A stretch of DNA of 64,000 nucleotides from a virus (Duplodnaviria > Caudoviricetes). Of the stretch, positions 1 through 7,510 are shown in pieces. Under the pieces are notes generated by a model. It did not search any database. It had not been told where the DNA came from and was given only the letters and a program-made list of their open reading frames with translations. Each line of letters starts with the position of its first letter. The stretch's first letter is position 1. The DNA lies in the IMG/VR virus record IMGVR_UViG_3300048920_000114, positions 7,769 through 71,768 of that record; one strand, given 5' to 3'. The position numbers and the translations under genes are program-made.

Positions 1-863
1 GCGTCAGAACCGATGGTACCCACGACGATGTCGCCTTGGTGGTCGTCGGCCGAGACCGGGACGTGCCTGGACAGAAGCGGCTGGCGGTTGAACGTCTCCG
101 CGGCCTTCTTCAACTCGTCCGGATGGCGCAGCAGCTTGTAGATCTTCTTCGGGTCGAGGCCGAGCTTCTCGTGGTTCGGGATCTCGCTCCCGAGGTACGG
201 GTTCACGCCCGCCTTCGAGATGTTGCTCTGCTGGACGTGCAGCCGACCGTCGGTGTCCTTGGTGCGGACCGACTTGTTGTCGTAGGGCAGGCCGCCCCTG
301 TTCATCTTGTCGACGCGCGGGTCGATGCCGTCCGGCGCGCGGTCCATCGCGATTCCGAAGAACTCGGCGATGTCGACGTCCTGCCGGCGCTCGGCCAGCC
401 GATCGAGGCGATTCTCGATCTTCAGACCGTTCAAGGTTTTCTCGACCTGCGGGTGCAGCGGCTCGGGAAGGTTGCCGGGCTTCACCCAACGATAGGCCGT
501 GTGTTCGTCGTTCAGCGTCGGCGTGAAGCGATCCTTCACGACACAATGGAAAGTGTGAAACACCATGCCGGTCGGGGTCTCGACCTCGCTGACGCAGACC
601 ATCGGGTCCGTCGCCAGATAGCCGACCTCCTCGCGCGCCTCGCGGATGGCTGCTTCCTCGGGGGTCTCGCCGGCCTCGGCCTTGCCGCCCGGGAGCGACC
701 AGTGGCCGCCGTAGTTCAGTTCGTCCTTCGACCGCTTGACCAGCAGCACGCGACCGTCGTTCTCGAACACGATCCCCGCCGCGATCGGCGCGCGGTCGAG
801 CGCGAGCGCCCCGGAGACGAGGAACGGGAAGATGCAGGTGCTGGTCAGGCCGCGAACGCGCAT
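1..863 (-). CDS. Nudix hydrolase fused to DUF2213-type putative prohead protease (3' end runs off the window; not in the ORF track)
   Basis: Manual translation from ATG 863, coupled TGATG to the GNAT stop: [26 protein letters not shown]... It has a perfect Nudix box [24 protein letters not shown] (about 620-690), then [32 protein letters not shown]...[24 protein letters not shown], typical of DUF2213. Confidence 0.9.
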   Translation of the reverse strand, partial: MRVRGLTSTCIFPFLVSGALALDRAPIAAGIVFENDGRVLLVKRSKDELNYGGHWSLPGGKAEAGETPEEAAIREAREEVGYLATDPMVCVSEVETPTGMVFHTFHCVVKDRFTPTLNDEHTAYRWVKPGNLPEPLHPQVEKTLNGLKIENRLDRLAERRQDVDIAEFFGIAMDRAPDGIDPRVDKMNRGGLPYDNKSVRTKDTDGRLHVQQSNISKAGVNPYLGSEIPNHEKLGLDPKKIYKLLRHPDELKKAAETFNRQPLLSRHVPVSADDHQGDIVVGTIGSD

Positions 864-1297
864 CAAAGCTGTGGAACCTCTAGGGTGAGGGTGACCGCCT
901 GCTGGGCGAACCCGGTCTTGCGGTAGACCTCAAGAGCGTTTTTGTTTCGGACGTGCGTGGCGAGCTGGATCTTGACCAGCTTCAACTCGATGGACTTGGC
1001 GATCGCGAAGTTCAGCATCTCGGTGAAGACGCCCTGTCCGCGATGCTCCTCGACGACGAAGGCCTGGTAGATCCACATCGTCTTCGTCGGCTCGATCGTG
1101 TCCCAGGTCAGCACGCCGACCGCCTCGGGCTCGTGGCCGTCCTTCACGTAGGCGACGAAGGCCTTGTAGCTGAAGTGCATGTTCAGATCGCCGGAACCGA
1201 AGCCGTTCTGCTCGCCGTGAAGCCATCCTGCGACGGCGAGCTGCGAAGCCGGCGCCGCGTTCATGCTGTCGAACAGTTTGACCTCGATCTCGGCCAC
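863..1297 (-). CDS. GNAT-family acetyltransferase
   Basis: Acetyl-CoA motif [12 protein letters not shown], then [13 protein letters not shown]. Confidence 0.85.
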   Translation of the reverse strand: MAEIEVKLFDSMNAAPASQLAVAGWLHGEQNGFGSGDLNMHFSYKAFVAYVKDGHEPEAVGVLTWDTIEPTKTMWIYQAFVVEEHRGQGVFTEMLNFAIAKSIELKLVKIQLATHVRNKNALEVYRKTGFAQQAVTLTLEVPQL

Positions 1298-1301
1298 CCG
1301 G

Positions 1302-1466
1302 TCAGATCCTTCCGACCAGCAGCAGGATCAACAGGATCACCACGACCAGGCCGAGCCCGCCGCCCACGCCGTAGCCGCCGCCGTAGAACGGGCCGCCGCC
1401 GATGCCGCTGAAGCCGCCCAGGAGAGCGATGATCATGATGATCAGGATGATGGTTCCGAGGGACAT
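1302..1466 (-). CDS. DUF3309-like small membrane protein (54 aa)
   Basis: Manual translation MSLGTIILIIMIIALLGGFSGIGGGPFYGGGYGVGGGLGLVVVILLILLLVGRI: two hydrophobic helices around a Gly/Tyr loop, with RBS ggaggt upstream. Confidence 0.8.
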   Translation of the reverse strand: MSLGTIILIIMIIALLGGFSGIGGGPFYGGGYGVGGGLGLVVVILLILLLVGRI

Positions 1467-1470
1467 GGGG

Positions 1471-1698
1471 TTACCTCCGGGCGCCGACGGCGCGCTTCTT
1501 GGCGACGTTGCCCTTGATCGCGGTGTGACCGATGGCGCCGGCAGGGCCGGCCTTGTCCTGCTCGCGGACGAAGCTGTTCAGGTCGAACTCTCCCGGCTTG
1601 GCCTTCGGGACGGCCAGCTCGGCCGCGCTCCCGCTCACGGCGAAGGCCAGCGCGAACCACGCCACCGTCGCCAAAGTCAGGGCCTTCTCGATCGACAT
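1471..1698 (-). CDS. Small secreted/membrane protein (75 aa)
   Basis: MSIEKALTLATVAWFALAFAVSGSAA looks like a signal peptide; start re-set to the internal ATG 1698. Confidence 0.55.
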   Translation of the reverse strand: MSIEKALTLATVAWFALAFAVSGSAAELAVPKAKPGEFDLNSFVREQDKAGPAGAIGHTAIKGNVAKKRAVGARR

Positions 1699-1776
1699 AG
1701 ACGGGTTTCCGCGTTCTCTGCCCGCGATCCCTCGCACACTCGATGCTCGCGATGCAAGAAAATCCGTTCCGGAACG

Positions 1777-1830
1777 AAAAAAGCCCCCGACTGCATCACC
1801 TCCAAGTCGAGGGCTGGTCGGGGGCTTTCT
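1777..1830. terminator. Large hairpin, probable bidirectional intrinsic terminator
   Basis: aaagcccccgac ... gtcgggggcttt inverted repeat with an A-run on the left and a ttt/ctct run on the right. Confidence 0.6.
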
Positions 1831-2076
1831 CACGGGTCTTTTCCCGTCTGTCATCGCGGAGCCGCGCCGCGCTCGCCTACTCGAACCCCTCGTCAGGTGG
1901 CCAATGGTTGCTGTGCCGTGGCTGACGTCTGTCTCTGGTTCTTTCGCTCGGGATCTCTCCGGACGACGCACGAGGACCGCCTGATCCCCGCGAGATGTCG
2001 CCGGTTCGGGAACGCTGCTTTAGGTCAAGGACGGCGATCCTTGCCCCGGTCGTTCCGACATGTCTCGTCTCTACAC

Positions 2077-2104
2077 AAAAAATCCCCGGCTGTGAACCGG
2101 GGAA
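2077..2104 (-). terminator. Intrinsic terminator
   Basis: aaaaaat-ccccgg-ctgtgaa-ccgggg gives a GC stem followed by a U-run on the minus strand, downstream of the small-gene cluster. Confidence 0.7.
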
Positions 2105-2203
2105 GTTTGCGCGGTCGGGCGTTCACAGATCCACAGAACACGCCGCCGAAGCGGGTTTTGCTGTTTCACTCGAACGGTCGAAGCTTAGACCCTGTCGCCA
2201 GGG

Positions 2204-2407
2204 TCAGGCCAGTGGCTTCGTCACCGTCACCGTCGGGGTGTGTCGCCCCATGTGGTCGAGGCCGATGTTGAAGTTGATCGTCATTCCCTGAGCCTTGGCG
2301 AGATCCATCAGGCCCATCGTGACGCGCAAGCTGTCCTCGACCTTGCGTTTGATCTCCTGGGCGTGGACTAGCATCTGGTCTTCCGTCGTCGGGGTCATGC
2401 TGGTCAT
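2204..2407 (-). CDS. Hypothetical protein
   Basis: MTSMTPTTEDQ... with ATGA coupling to the upstream stop. Confidence 0.6.
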   Translation of the reverse strand: MTSMTPTTEDQMLVHAQEIKRKVEDSLRVTMGLMDLAKAQGMTINFNIGLDHMGRHTPTVTVTKPLA

Positions 2408-2571
2408 AGGATCTTGCTCACTGTCCATGCGGCGAATAGGGAAAGGGCGATCAAAGCTAGAACCGGAAGGTCCAGCAATCTGACCAGGAGGTCTGATGCT
2501 CGGAACCAATGCCGAACCCTGAGACGACGATGCTTCCACGAGTTGTGATAGATGACAGGTCTAACCTTCAT
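2404..2571 (-). CDS. Small membrane protein (55 aa)
   Basis: MKVRPVIYHNSWKH...LPVLALIALSLFAAWTVSKIL; coupled start/stop with both neighbours. Confidence 0.5.
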   Translation of the reverse strand: MKVRPVIYHNSWKHRRLRVRHWFRASDLLVRLLDLPVLALIALSLFAAWTVSKIL

Positions 2572-2654
2572 CTTCGTCGTCTCCGTTCCTTCGGCCACCG
2601 GGGTCGGGTGAGCCAGAACAGCATGGCGGAGACGAAAAGGCAAAAGCAGACCAT
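2568..2654 (-). CDS. Tiny membrane peptide (28 aa)
   Basis: MVCFCLFVSAMLFWLTRPRWPKERRRRR: hydrophobic helix plus basic tail, ATGA-coupled. Confidence 0.4.
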   Translation of the reverse strand: MVCFCLFVSAMLFWLTRPRWPKERRRRR

Positions 2655-2657
2655 GAC

Positions 2658-2918
2658 TCAGTCCACCTTCTGCGGGTGCATCATCACCGATTTGTTGTCG
2701 TCGAACATCGAGATCGGCGGGCCGGGGTCAGATGGTCCGAGCTTCATCACAGAGTTGCTGTAGTTCATCACCCCATCTGGAGTGCGGAAATATCGTCCAT
2801 AGGAACGCTCGTGCCGCAGGCCAGCGACCTCGCGGGCGTGCGTCTTTTTCTGCGCGTTGAAGCCGATGGCCATAAACGCGAGGCCGATGATGGCGAGTGC
2901 GAATCCTGCTTCGAACAT
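2658..2918 (-). CDS. Membrane-anchored hypothetical protein
   Basis: N-terminal TM MFEAGFALAIIGLAFMAIGF. Confidence 0.6.
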   Translation of the reverse strand: MFEAGFALAIIGLAFMAIGFNAQKKTHAREVAGLRHERSYGRYFRTPDGVMNYSNSVMKLGPSDPGPPISMFDDNKSVMMHPQKVD

Positions 2919-2921
2919 GGC

Positions 2922-3080
2922 TCAATCCTTCTCCTCTGCTGCGATGATCCTCTCCGCGTCCATGACCTGCTGGAGCGTCAGCGGCTTGTGCGCGCGGTAC
3001 CGCTCGACGAGCTCCTCGCTCGTGTACTGGATCAGGTCGGCGTCCCGGTGATGGTGGTTGTAGGCGGCGCTGTTCGTCAT
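2922..3080 (-). CDS. Hypothetical protein (52 aa)
   Basis: MTNSAAYNHHHRDAD..., coupled to the upstream stop. Confidence 0.55.
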   Translation of the reverse strand: MTNSAAYNHHHRDADLIQYTSEELVERYRAHKPLTLQQVMDAERIIAAEEKD

Positions 3081-3301
3081 TGGAGCGGGTCCCTGTACTG
3101 CGAGCATTTCTGCTTCACTTCCATCGGTTCGAGGCTCAACCGCTTCAGAGCATAGTTGGCTCCGTCGCCGAAGCCGCAGACGTAAGCCTCGCTTGTAGAT
3201 CCGGACGTCGCCGCGCGGATGTGGCCGACGACCAGCCCGGCGCAAAACATAGAAACCACCAGCACAACCTGGACGGCGACGAACGTGATCTTCGGGTTCA
3301 T
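3077..3301 (-). CDS. Membrane-anchored hypothetical protein (74 aa)
   Basis: MNPKITFVAVQVVLVVSMFCAGLVVG TM segment; ATGA coupling. Confidence 0.6.
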   Translation of the reverse strand: MNPKITFVAVQVVLVVSMFCAGLVVGHIRAATSGSTSEAYVCGFGDGANYALKRLSLEPMEVKQKCSQYRDPLQ

Positions 3302-3726
3302 CGCTTGCGCTCCCACGGCTTGCGCTTCATCGCCACCCACGGCCTGTCGTGGTCGCGCTTCGGCTCCTTCAACATCAGCTCGGTCGGCGCCTTCAGATCC
3401 CGCATGTAATCGTGGATCGGGTCGATCAGGATGACCTTGTAGAGACCGTCCTCGAGGAACTGGACGGCGTACTCGACCGAAATGTCGCCCTGCCCGAGGT
3501 CCACCCCGTAGATCATGCCGTCGGGGATGACCGCTCCGGGCTCTGCCGTCGTGGTGATCGACCTGTTCTTCAGCCCCATGTCCTCGCAGCCCTCGACGCC
3601 GTACATCAGGCGCTGTCGATCGTGCAGCCACCCTTCGGAGAAGTGCGGCGCGAGCGCCAGCAGCAGCGCGTCGATCCGGTCTTCCGGACAGGGCGTTTTC
3701 TTTCCTTCGTGATCGTCCTCCGTCAT
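3298..3726 (-). CDS. Hypothetical protein
   Basis: MTEDDHEGKKTPCPEDRID..., with phage-like codon use and coupled starts. Confidence 0.65.
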   Translation of the reverse strand: MTEDDHEGKKTPCPEDRIDALLLALAPHFSEGWLHDRQRLMYGVEGCEDMGLKNRSITTTAEPGAVIPDGMIYGVDLGQGDISVEYAVQFLEDGLYKVILIDPIHDYMRDLKAPTELMLKEPKRDHDRPWVAMKRKPWERKR

Positions 3727-3818
3727 GACCCCATCCAGTTCATCGCTATGCGGATCAGCACGACCGCGATGATCCCGAGCCACACGAGCTCGCCGCTGTA
3801 TCTCTTGATCAGGTTCAT
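3723..3818 (-). CDS. Tiny membrane peptide (31 aa)
   Basis: Manual translation MNLIKRYSGELVWLGIIAVVLIRIAMNWMGS; fills the gap with ATGA overlaps on both sides. Confidence 0.55.
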   Translation of the reverse strand: MNLIKRYSGELVWLGIIAVVLIRIAMNWMGS

Positions 3819-4294
3819 CGTGCCCTCGCTCTGATGAAGGCGTCCGCCGCGGCGAAGGCCTTGGTTGCGATCTCGTCGAAGTCGACGGGCATGAACGCCG
3901 CCGCGGTCGACTGATCAGCCCTGACGAAGTTTCTCTCCAGCATGCGCTGGTTGTGCTCGAGCCCGTCCTTGATCAGGGTGGGGAGGGCGGCGAGCGCAGC
4001 AGCGTCGCGCACGGACATGCCCGGGAACGACTCCGTAGCCTCAGATCCCGAGAAGGGGTGTGGCGAAAACCACTGATGGCCGTTCGGGCTGATCGGCTGT
4101 CCGGTGGTGTAGCTGTGCGTGAAGTCCGGCATCGGAATGCCGGAGAACGGCCGCGTCGACGGGTAGGCCGGGCCGCCGTCGTCCTTGCCGGGCTCGACCC
4201 GGTTGATCGTGACCCTGATCAGATCTCCGACCTTCTGCGGGAGGTCGACGGCGTTCGCCCAGACCGTCATCCCTATCGCGTTCTCGACTCTCAT
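3815..4294 (-). CDS. Hypothetical phage protein
   Basis: Contains DDGGPAYPS...GMSVRDAAALAALP...IATKAFAAADAF, a pattern common in small phage early proteins. Confidence 0.7.
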   Translation of the reverse strand: MRVENAIGMTVWANAVDLPQKVGDLIRVTINRVEPGKDDGGPAYPSTRPFSGIPMPDFTHSYTTGQPISPNGHQWFSPHPFSGSEATESFPGMSVRDAAALAALPTLIKDGLEHNQRMLERNFVRADQSTAAAFMPVDFDEIATKAFAAADAFIRARAR

Positions 4295-4509
4295 GGCTGC
4301 ACCGCTGCAGCCGCGTCTTTCGCAGGCATGTTTGCTGTGAACAGGTTTTCTGCGAGCTGACGTGCCATCGCCTCGCTGGATGCTCCGCCTGCCTCCTGAT
4401 CGTCGACGAAAATGACGGTCTCGCCACCCGAGGTCTTCATTTTCAGCCTGCGACCATCAGGCAGGGTCGCGGTGTGCAGCTTCTTCGTGATCTTGCGCCA
4501 GTTGATCAT
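4291..4509 (-). CDS. Hypothetical protein
   Basis: MINWRKITKK..., coupled to both neighbours. Confidence 0.6.
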   Translation of the reverse strand: MINWRKITKKLHTATLPDGRRLKMKTSGGETVIFVDDQEAGGASSEAMARQLAENLFTANMPAKDAAAAVQP

Positions 4510-4910
4510 GGTTTCCATCCCTTCTCAGTGTGAAATTGCGCGTGACCACCCGACGGGTTGGGGCGCGTGTATCCTTCTCGTCCTGTCAGCACCATCCCGC
4601 GCTTCAGCGGCTCGAAGCCGGGCTGCCAGTCTACGCAAAAGCCTTCGTTCAACGTGCTGAACAGGTAGATCGTGTAAGCGACGCGACAAACCCGACCACC
4701 TTCGGGCGTCGTGAGCCATTCGCCCTGATCGAACACGATGCTTCTGCGGTCCTCCTCGGGACGAGGCGCCGGCGCCTCTCGGCGGTAGAACAGCATGTTG
4801 AAGACGATCGCCCCGATGAACGCGATCAGGATGAATGCAGGGAAAGACGGAAACGAAAAACCCCCGCTTTCGCGAGGGTCTCGTTCGCCGTTTTGCGGCG
4901 ATGGGTTCAT
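4506..4910 (-). CDS. Membrane-anchored hypothetical protein
   Basis: RBS ggaggacacc before ATG 4910; TM PAFILIAFIGAIVFNMLFY. Confidence 0.65.
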   Translation of the reverse strand: MNPSPQNGERDPRESGGFSFPSFPAFILIAFIGAIVFNMLFYRREAPAPRPEEDRRSIVFDQGEWLTTPEGGRVCRVAYTIYLFSTLNEGFCVDWQPGFEPLKRGMVLTGREGYTRPNPSGGHAQFHTEKGWKP

Positions 4911-4970
4911 GGTGTCCTCCGACGTTTGATGCGCAGCGGTGAAGTCGCTTTCCAGCGGCCGGAACATGCT

Positions 4971-5003
4971 CTATCCGCCGAGGATGTCAACTGAGCGGAT
5001 AGG
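4971..5003 (-). promoter_or_regulatory. Promoter/operator of the inserted small-gene cluster
   Basis: TTGACA on the minus strand lies inside the inverted repeat CTATCCGC-N16-GCGGATAG; also contains the 19-bp motif CCTATCCG-CTC-AGTTGACA. Confidence 0.55.
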
Positions 5004-5011
5004 CATCACAG

Positions 5012-5043
5012 AAAAAGCCCCGCCTGGGGGTTGGCGGGGCTTC
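5012..5043 (-). terminator. Intrinsic terminator
   Basis: aaaaagccccgcc-tgggggtt-ggcggggctt. Confidence 0.75.
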
Positions 5044-5112
5044 CTGGGGTGACAATTTGGGACTTCACACTTGCGCGCGACGAGTCTGGAAACGCCGCGC
5101 GATGTCAGGAAC

Positions 5113-5427
5113 CTACGTCCGGATCTCGGGCTCGTCAACGTTGGCGCAGTCGACCGTTCGGCCCTTCCTGATGTAGCCGTGCCAGCAGGCTCCGCAGTTG
5201 ATCGAGGGGCTGAAGGTCGGCGACTCGCGGTTGCCGTCCCAATCCCACTGCGCGTGCCCGCCGTTCTTGTTCTGACCGTCGCGCTTGACGTCGGTCCTGC
5301 CGGCGATCAGCAGCGACCCGCAAGGCCGCTTGCGCTTCGGACAGGCGAAGTCGAAGTAGGCTTCCTGTCCCGGAGCGGCGTTCTCGTTCAGATCCTTGTC
5401 GAGGAAGGTGACCTTGGCGTCGGCCAT
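5113..5427 (-). CDS. DUF6527-like Cys/His protein
   Basis: WDWDGNRESPTFSPSINCGACWHGYIRKG motif; GTGATG coupling to the MuF stop. Confidence 0.65.
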   Translation of the reverse strand: MADAKVTFLDKDLNENAAPGQEAYFDFACPKRKRPCGSLLIAGRTDVKRDGQNKNGGHAQWDWDGNRESPTFSPSINCGACWHGYIRKGRTVDCANVDEPEIRT

Positions 5428-6263
5428 CACGAGAATCCTTTGATCATGGCGCGGGACACGCATTTGCAGTTGATCAGCTCGCCGGGCTGTATCCACTGGT
5501 TCACGGCGGGGTCGAACCAGCCCTTGGCGACCTCGTATACGACGCGATCCTTCCCGGCCTTCAGATGGGTGGGGCGGGGGTGCTTGCCGCCTCCGGAGTG
5601 AACCCACACGGCCGTCGTGACGCCTATCTCCAACTGCCGCGCCTTGTTCATCGCGGACGTCGCTTTGTTGTTCTGGTCGCGCGCGATCAGCTGGGCCCGA
5701 CGCTTCGTGACGCCGTAGTTCTTCTCCAGGCCCTTCGCGAGCGTGCCGAGGTCGCGGCCGGCCTTGACCGACTGCATCACCTGAACCTCGACGTTCTTCA
5801 GGTACTGCTGCGGGATCGATTTGATCAGGGCGACGTTCTCGGAGATCGTGGCGTTCAGGACGTCCCGCATCGCGGGCGTCATCGTGAACTTCACCGTGAA
5901 GCCGCCCTTCTTCAAGATCCGGGCGAGCTGCGCGTCGGTCCGCTTGTAGGCGGCTTTGCTGAAATACTTCGCGAGGTCGTCCGCGGCGTCGTCGAACGCG
6001 CGCAGCCATCGCTTCGAGAGGCGCCTGATCGCGGTGGTCAGGATGTTCGCCGGCATGTCGTCCAGCGCCATCTCCGGGCTGTAGTCCATCGCCATGATCG
6101 GGGTGTTCTGGTTGTACTTCGCTTCGAGCCAGTAGGTGACCGACTTGTTCATCTCCTCGGTCAGCTTCACCAGCTTGCGGCGGTACTCGACCTCGAGGCC
6201 GACGTTCGGGTGCAACGGCGCGAGCGTGACGTCCTTCGGCTTCTTCTTGGGCGCGCGGGCCAT
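5427..6263 (-). CDS. Phage head morphogenesis protein (MuF / SPP1 gp7-like), short form without a toxin extension
   Basis: RAQLIARDQNNKATSAMN...WVHSGGGKHPRPTH...PGELINCKC motifs; position after the portal. Confidence 0.9.
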   Translation of the reverse strand: MARAPKKKPKDVTLAPLHPNVGLEVEYRRKLVKLTEEMNKSVTYWLEAKYNQNTPIMAMDYSPEMALDDMPANILTTAIRRLSKRWLRAFDDAADDLAKYFSKAAYKRTDAQLARILKKGGFTVKFTMTPAMRDVLNATISENVALIKSIPQQYLKNVEVQVMQSVKAGRDLGTLAKGLEKNYGVTKRRAQLIARDQNNKATSAMNKARQLEIGVTTAVWVHSGGGKHPRPTHLKAGKDRVVYEVAKGWFDPAVNQWIQPGELINCKCVSRAMIKGFS

Positions 6264-6493
6264 CAGGCTTCGAGATCCATGACCCGCTGCGACATCTCGG
6301 CATGGACGGTGCGGACTCGGTCGAGGCTTTTGTGCATGTCCGTTCGGACGAGGGGTAGCTGTTGCGCGTGTTCGAGATCCTTGACCATGCGGTCGAACAC
6401 GACGGCGACGGCTTTGAAGTAAGCGGCGTCGACGGCGCGCATCAGATCCGATCGGTTGTCGTTGCCTTCGAGGATCGTCATGCGGTCAGCCAC
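6263..6493 (-). CDS. Hypothetical protein
   Basis: Coupled ORF in the head operon. Confidence 0.6.
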   Translation of the reverse strand: MADRMTILEGNDNRSDLMRAVDAAYFKAVAVVFDRMVKDLEHAQQLPLVRTDMHKSLDRVRTVHAEMSQRVMDLEA

Positions 6494-6770
6494 GGTCGCC
6501 TCCCGGCTGAAACGTAGCGGTCGACGAAGCCGCCGAGCCCTCCTCGCCGCGCTCCCCCGGAGGGTTGTTCCCTCCCGCCATGTCGCGCAGCGCGTCGTCG
6601 AGGTCCTTCATGTCGCCCTCGGCCTGGGTCAGCGCCGACTCGTGCTTCTCGAACACCTCGTTCGCGCGGCTGTCGAAGCTGTCGACCCGGAGCGCCAGGT
6701 CGTCGGCGCGTTGGTCGAACTTCTTGCGGGTTTCCGCGACGCGCGCGGCGAGGGCTTGGAACTTGTTCAC
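6486..6770 (-). CDS. Coiled-coil hypothetical protein
   Basis: GTG start at 6770 with RBS aaggag; heptad-rich sequence. Confidence 0.6.
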   Translation of the reverse strand: MNKFQALAARVAETRKKFDQRADDLALRVDSFDSRANEVFEKHESALTQAEGDMKDLDDALRDMAGGNNPPGERGEEGSAASSTATFQPGGDRG

Positions 6771-6877
6771 GACTCGATCTCCTTGACGATCTTGACGGCT
6801 GCCCAGCACGCGCCGGCGAGGAAGCCGACGCTGAACCAGATGGGAAGGATCAGTAGCAACCACCACGCGCTGATCAC
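6767..6877 (-). CDS. Small membrane peptide (36 aa)
   Basis: Manual translation MISAWWLLLILPIWFSVGFLAGACWAAVKIVKEIES. Confidence 0.5.
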   Translation of the reverse strand: MISAWWLLLILPIWFSVGFLAGACWAAVKIVKEIES

Positions 6878-6881
6878 GGCG

Positions 6882-7085
6882 TCAATCCTCCAGGTCGGAG
6901 TAGTCTTCCTCGTAGAGATCCGGAGGGACGAGCTCGGGCTCGATGATCTCGTCGTCCTCGCCGACCTCGTTCAGGCCGTTCTCGCCCATGCCCGGAGGAG
7001 GGGCGGCCTCGGTGCGCTCCGCGAACCCGGCGAGGACCTCCTCGTCGGTCGGGACGCCTTCCTGCTTCTTCTTAGAGCTTGCCAA
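6882..7085 (-). CDS. Small acidic protein, candidate immunity partner of the portal ART domain
   Basis: 67 aa, very rich in D/E; overlaps the ART stop by 14 nt and has an RBS ggagga. Confidence 0.55.
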   Translation of the reverse strand: MASSKKKQEGVPTDEEVLAGFAERTEAAPPPGMGENGLNEVGEDDEIIEPELVPPDLYEEDYSDLED

Positions 7086-7510
7086 AGTTCACCTCCTCCA
7101 GCGTGATCTTGTTGTCGACGTTCGAGATCACCTTGAACCGCGTCCCGGCCTTGAACAGGACCTCGGCCTCGCCCGGATAGTGCGACAGCTTGGAGATGTC
7201 CCGGCCGGTCTTGCCCTTGACCTCGAACCGCGTGTTGCCGCCGAAGCCGCTCGCCGTGCTCGTGCTCGTGAAGCCGCGCTCCTCGATGATCATGCCCGGC
7301 TTATACATGGCGACCTGTTCCTTGGACAGGGTCGCGCCCCGGCGCGTGGTTCCCTCGTAGGTCGGCATCGTGTCGAGCGCCTTGTTCAGCGACGCGGCGA
7401 ACTTGTACTGCTCCTCGGTCATGATGCCGGCGCGAAGCTGGTTGTTGACCTCGCGGTAGTACGAGCCGCTGTAGGCCATGACCTGCGCGGCGTCGCCCGG
7501 CGTCATCTTC
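7072..7510 (-). other. ADP-ribosyltransferase domain (R-S-E class)
   Basis: AYSGSYYREVNNQLRAG...TRRG...GFTSTS...GEAEVLFKAGTRFKV. Confidence 0.88.

Noticed and set aside
1745-1776. EcfG-type promoter GGAAC-N16 upstream of the secreted peptide and DUF3309 genes
   Set aside because: The -10 position reads CGAG, not CGTT, so support is insufficient.
1860-1900. GGTTCGAG T-loop-like string on the minus strand (possible tRNA)
   Set aside because: The flanks do not pair into a T-stem, and no D-arm, anticodon arm or acceptor stem can be built.
2422-2440. Fifth copy of the 19-bp operator (CCTATTCG-CCG-CATGGACA)
   Set aside because: The match is weaker and lies inside a probable coding sequence; a CCTATTCG half-site also occurs in coding DNA at 29355.
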